In this document: in pieces, positions 62,701-64,000 of the stretch
How positions within the stretch are numbered: the first letter of the stretch is position 1
Layout: each line of letters opens with the position of its first letter
Origin: a virus
Lineage: Duplodnaviria; Caudoviricetes
IMG/VR virus record: IMGVR_UViG_3300028832_000130
Location: 1-64,000 of that record
DNA: 64,000 nucleotides
Direction: 5' to 3' (one strand)
Notes under the pieces: generated by a model
What the model saw: the letters and a program-made list of their open reading frames with translations, nothing else
Database searches by the model: none
What the model was told of the DNA's origin: nothing
Translations under genes and position numbers: made by a program

Positions 62701-64000
62701 ATTCCTTGGCTCTCGCCTTTACTCCCTGCATAGTCTTTAAGGAAATGTTACCGTGCATCACTGCATCAAACAATGCCTCGTTGACAAACTTGCTAAAAGC
62801 AGCAATCTTATCCTGTCTGTCTGCAAACTCCGCTGAGTCGCCTTCCAGTTCTTCGGCTGGTTTTGCAGCTTCTTGCTGCAAAGATACATCATTTTCTGCT
62901 TCGTTGTTCTCCGTTTTGTTAACGTTAACAGCTTGGTCTTCTGCCTTACCATTCTTTAACTTTTCAGCATGTTCACGGAGGCGCATACGCTCACCATCAA
63001 CGGTGTATTTCTGCTCCCATACTTCACTGATAAAGTCGTTGATAAGGCTATCATCCCAACCAAGAACATCTTTCAGCTTACGGCCAATGGCATCTGCCAT
63101 CTGCTTACTCCATGCTTGGAAGTCATGAATACCACTCTTGATATAGGCATAACCCACCTTTGATGATACTCTCAACAAGTCGCCAAGGAAAGCACGCTGG
63201 GCTTCGTTGGTACCAGTCATCATATCAAATAGGTTCGTCTGTGCCTTGTCGTTGCCTTCAAGACCCTTGCGCATGAACTTACCAAGTACGCTATTGCCCT
63301 TGGCATTATTCAAGAAGTCGTCGAACTCCTTCAAGGCTGCATCAATATCTGCCTGGTCTTGGGCTTTGCGTTCCTGCTCGGCTTTAAACTCAGTGGCAGC
63401 TTGATTGATAGCTTCCATCGGGTCGGAAGTCTCTTTGCGCAGCTGTTCTCCTACTTCGGCATTATGAAGCTGTGCCTCTACTTGCTCCATGATTGGGCCA
63501 AGATTGTTGGCAGGATTCTCCAAAATACCTCTTAACTCAGCAAGGTTCTTTCCTTCGATACGGAAGCGCCCGTCACCAATAGGAATACGACCAGAGACAT
63601 CATCACGGGTTATCCATGCTCTGCCGGAATCCTTGTCGTAGTGGAATTCATATTGCCACTGGGGACCAGTTGACTTCTGCTCTTCCTTTGGCTGTTGCGC
63701 TCTATTATATATACTATTGTAATAGAACTGCGAGATAGCGCTGTTATCTTCGCCCTTCAAGAAGTCTATAGCGTTCAACTTCTCGTCCTCGGTAGCCTCG
63801 GTATCAGCCATGATCTGCTCTTCGGTAAGAGGATGAAGTGTTAAATATTCCTCTCGGCTCAAAGATTTTGGCTGATTTTCTTGACTCGTATCAGAATTTT
63901 CTGTATCTTTGCCCTCAGAAACATTGTCACCTTGCGTAGGAAGGAGGTCCGGCACAGCTTCTTGCTGTTCAGCTAAGCGCCATTCAGAGCTGTTGGGTGA
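53714..64000 (-). CDS. Giant DarB-like polyvalent (ejected) protein: N6-adenine MTase, strawberry-notch SF2 helicase, HExxH domain and LPD38-like C-terminus; 5'-partial
   Basis: LEPSAGNG and TNPPFG (MTase); GDQTGIGKGRQ, MDESH and QMRGRTDRTGQ (helicase); HEQVH. The frame stays open to position 64000. Confidence 0.88.
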   Translation of the reverse strand, partial: SPNSSEWRLAEQQEAVPDLLPTQGDNVSEGKDTENSDTSQENQPKSLSREEYLTLHPLTEEQIMADTEATEDEKLNAIDFLKGEDNSAISQFYYNSIYNRAQQPKEEQKSTGPQWQYEFHYDKDSGRAWITRDDVSGRIPIGDGRFRIEGKNLAELRGILENPANNLGPIMEQVEAQLHNAEVGEQLRKETSDPMEAINQAATEFKAEQERKAQDQADIDAALKEFDDFLNNAKGNSVLGKFMRKGLEGNDKAQTNLFDMMTGTNEAQRAFLGDLLRVSSKVGYAYIKSGIHDFQAWSKQMADAIGRKLKDVLGWDDSLINDFISEVWEQKYTVDGERMRLREHAEKLKNGKAEDQAVNVNKTENNEAENDVSLQQEAAKPAEELEGDSAEFADRQDKIAAFSKFVNEALFDAVMHGNISLKTMQGVKARAKEYGLDDMSMTDLQELVEAEIVNVARDIANTEALNDEQKFEHIKHLYEWQPTLSARDNDRINKQQYSTPAPMAFLMGKFVDPQKKAKSGLEPSAGNGMLTINLPKEIMHVNDIDEMRLSNLQKQGFGEVTSQDGTKSFGKKKYDVIVTNPPFGSVLPKEWGVYEISSLEQQMALNALDAMKDDGRAAIIIGGNTEYKRNGAVQGKDRQFLNYLYQAYNVVDVINMDGKALYTKQGTGYPVRMILINGRKPKYDPTVYAPVRDKARAEQVKTYDELFKRVNDDILRNKEHDGDTSSSVHTAESGQNGGLSDNGHVSSSNEKGVRNVRDGRSSGEHQLSTEPVVDVQRSDASAKAEGGGGNAQPETNGGMGTRPVLLHGRGNQSEQSRGSQTVSSENGTGEVAVGGSNSQRLPGDAVDSGAGLSVKQPEQKRELGAEKVPYRKQSTNPFDLQSQMPAEQADVVKKALEAIGDVDKFLVEELGYSSKEELYQALAAEQIDSVALAIHQMKKGDAFIIGDQTGIGKGRQGAALIRWAVKNGKAPVYFTAKPELFSSVYRDIKDIHSDGLRPFILASDKIKARITERKDGKDEVLFDLPSDKEQKRVLEYINKNGKLPPEYDFMITTYSQVGNGTMEYENGNKKARSYGKNKTATKADVNGQAKRDAIENLAGNSIVLMDESHLAGGESARGNYLQYVSTKAGGITYISATFAKRPDNMPLYSLRTAISKAGVAVSELIDAVKRGGATFQEIMSKALTEAGQMIRRERNMTGVTVDWKGIEDEDVIKKHYEQYDKIIGLFNDIIQFQRTYVDPIIDKMNDDAAEDQGEVNHTPGTRDMGINNTPFASQTHQIVKKVLLSLKAEEGAKFAVECLKNGEKPVICVENTNEGAADRATANSDEDMTMPDLSTSLHEGLESTLKIKKTDANNNDTYTSIPVSRLSEEGQRRYHEIEEAIANSSTGLSLSPIDVIKNYIRKAGYSIAELTGRKKEFIYNEDGTVKRVNRTDTDNKKNASDFNSGIVDAVIMNKSAGTGIDLHAGIKFLNTDQRHMIVVQPQSDINDEVQMRGRTDRTGQKQHSRYTYIVSTIPSEQRLLMMLKAKLRSLDANTTSSQKSKFNEMQVQDIINKYGDDIVTQYLAEHVDLAEKLLNPLKWGDDWQIKPSEELVASASKEGEAGKTASKVLGRMALLKVADQEKMLKEISDLYQTEIDRLNEMGENDLEITEMPLKAKTLSKQVWEQGIDPDSNNPFADNTYVEKVNMDVLRKPMKASEVKASQERLLGGKTWDEYKQETLAKVDEWAEKKKAETTETITERAKKKAAAEQERYVKGAKKAQEKNEMTDEEIERNGQIQYENMYKEEIKKLDDALAAIEAQKQVFVDALETFTTDGVYALPSNIYDLGSMTFEPGFGKLIDIKISDNMSPNASTISFATLDGRRKITIPINGKVKQQKGEKEQIFPTINSLTAQARGGWFGQNIANTLKVLEQNTDNWDKLTSTAARKDGYIITGNLLKALVSTREQGVGGKLISFTTDTGEVRQGILMPDNFEPKGLTSKTPISAKKDELKYNRDKVESADGDVSIRVTNDWNWNTHSYDTLELTVPKSAKKGAKYYNDETLLSLMDGQFEGSSKMKAEFKRSNLDAVMKRLDELGVTVAEEHKEEESPKRMITTNNPLEAIEQAADSWRQERQISLLDDIKDFVDSISSRFGVNGGVPTYVVNSRADLEALKGQVGDDVYNEIEELYNEPDTASGYFPKGDVVVVFGEKLRDIREAEEAWWHEQVHGYWQRMPADARNRYGQACYDWLKANRPDIYMHIRNAYEKEERLEEACSFLIGNVVVANIGTEKFMNEFLDNRQEIRNFAGELTNYIQNGRKEERNNQLGRLGENRQAPATQVRRSNQQGRERGDNVVRSEEEPELQEVVDPLKAIELSAKRWKKERKEKVEGVREMGEYSAKEVYHERIDRAETVVTEAGQDDMITFKKGQEAIAHDEEIPDSQNAYQAMNLSYGKTFTEQEQFTNIYRRPLEGTVLQLCEKMGWQTGDVDRYLFTKHGFERNRVLYVRDWLKAQRSKELEDDEKELLDEMEKDFAAMNNENYQKLKDGEISFAQYIEEMDDFIKSNINKRYNAEKHDYSGFTDMYGDEKGNYSEADILSKLQKQEEKMGDELRNRLWEQINLCSNLGLDKYRDCGMLSESVHDRIKNMFHFYVPMRGFNEGEAAQDHWQYMTESNNKNSVGGLLRNAKGRKSKANYPLSTLFAMTYKAISDGNQNVVKQHFYRLCQAHENDLVKIQDTWAVLDPTTGDFIVDFPRIDSDMTPQEVEQAVSDFNTRMAELEARGEAKRLNSKAKFDYKVDKKRMREHIVEVIINGQRKTMIVMGNPRMAQAINGELRYESGKGTVNKMVASLKQFQQTVSTSYNITFLGRNMLRDWTHFGAILAAREGMDYESEAQKYYRQQLPHMISLFKKYRAGTLDESKEMERDFKDFMDNGGITGFVHMKKVAELQKEMEGMLSTPGKVKKLTNSFFDKTLGAVEAMNEAIENNARFATYRASRHYAGRTKARSAYDAKEVTVNFNKKGAGRKTASFKSDKKSVTRAAKIAGEASQILMANKMFFNATVQAICNIFRGLKNPDGSINYKYAGRLLTRYAAPPFAMGMLMPVLNAALYALAGGDGDDDPYANLPEWVRRKNLCIYTGWIPGCGKNDFLVIPMGQELAAFYSMGDMIAGITLFPKLKPIDKTLYDEVIGFLNVFSPVDFETKITNEFNPVAEFAGRICSPVAPLVAVGENLGWTGKPIFREDRYPGDEWTPEYQMTLGNTNSAYISLSKWLNDISGGDDVKRGWAQINPSSMQYLLEQYTGGPGKFFMNTGSAVGDAYKWAFTDDEADFNMRKIEFFRAFWQQGDERTDLYRIKAKYRKYREEANEKYHNIKGYEADMGSNPEHLMKYMEEAKGKDFVRMEMVREAEKTLKQLNTAANQAEGRKRKNARALYNSTLQMVVEELDKTQDIE
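56968..57120 (-). CDS. Nested +1-frame ORF (50 aa) inside the giant gene
   Basis: MEEKKKGTISLDDLAKIDRHQQPRFVEVINRDENGEITSYALKRNPNYKK, after the leader ACTAACCAATTATATACAAA. Confidence 0.45.
   Translation of the reverse strand: MEEKKKGTISLDDLAKIDRHQQPRFVEVINRDENGEITSYALKRNPNYKK
61438..61866 (-). CDS. Nested +1-frame ORF (142 aa) inside the giant gene
   Basis: ATG after TTATTTAAACGAGTAAACG; protein-like acidic/helical composition; the host frame is low-complexity here. Confidence 0.55.
   Translation of the reverse strand: MTYYVTRNTTEIHPLVFTPQKADRMEDYLIMDMLVLLMKREYEMCGTEEAQENINYQLSLSSMYSGAMQAPKPKEGEEMPSQKQMEEWAHDLYFFTDAGINLSNQEGAKLYPAKTEQEKWLSEEATLSDFLETLWIAEPDYQ

Noticed and set aside
62758-62952. 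Third nested ORF in the giant gene
   Set aside because: Its K/R/T/Q-biased composition is typical of a shadow frame, and the start context is unconvincing.
1-64000. CRISPR array or mini-array
   Set aside because: I found no regularly spaced direct repeats with unique spacers. The tRNA-like elements are dispersed and divergent.
1-64000. Stop-codon reassignment (as in some gut phages)
   Set aside because: Core genes (terL, portal, MCP, the giant gene) read through fully in the standard code. Only one in-frame TAA was seen, and there is no suppressor tRNA.

Overview
The whole window is part of one temperate bacteriophage genome of a Bacteroidales host, probably Prevotellaceae. Support: Bacteroidetes-type TAnnTTTG promoters, A-rich leaders without Shine-Dalgarno sites, and DUF3127- and PcfK/PcfJ-like genes. 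No host genes are present. The integrase sits beside an intact attP-like site with arm repeats on both sides of a tRNA 3'-end core, so this is the excised/circular form rather than an integrated prophage. Layout: (i) 0.1-7.9 kb, an XRE switch and an early operon of small genes punctuated by tRNA-like minihelices; (ii) 7.9-12.5 kb, integrase, attP, candidate ncRNAs, LexA/CI-like repressor and antirepressor; (iii) 13-30.5 kb, recombination/replication genes (NinG, Rad50-like ATPase, RecT, MBL hydrolase, NinB) and a mosaic of small genes with two homing endonucleases; (iv) 30.5-33.9 kb, a self-contained 7-gene cassette of unknown function; (v) 34-53.5 kb, morphogenesis (capsid, scaffold, portal, adaptors, a rhomboid protease, TerL, nozzle-like protein, receptor-binding proteins); (vi) 53.7-64 kb, a giant DarB-like polyvalent protein whose 5' end lies outside the window. 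The strongest candidate for an undescribed system is a major capsid protein that begins with a signal-peptide/transmembrane segment, encoded in the same module as a catalytically intact rhomboid intramembrane protease that overlaps terL, with no conventional prohead protease visible. Other notable signals are two overprinted +1-frame ORFs inside the giant gene, a family of tRNA-like elements, rrn-type boxA sites, a fixed-spacing late-promoter motif and the 7-gene cassette. All family names come from motif recognition by eye; no database searches were run.
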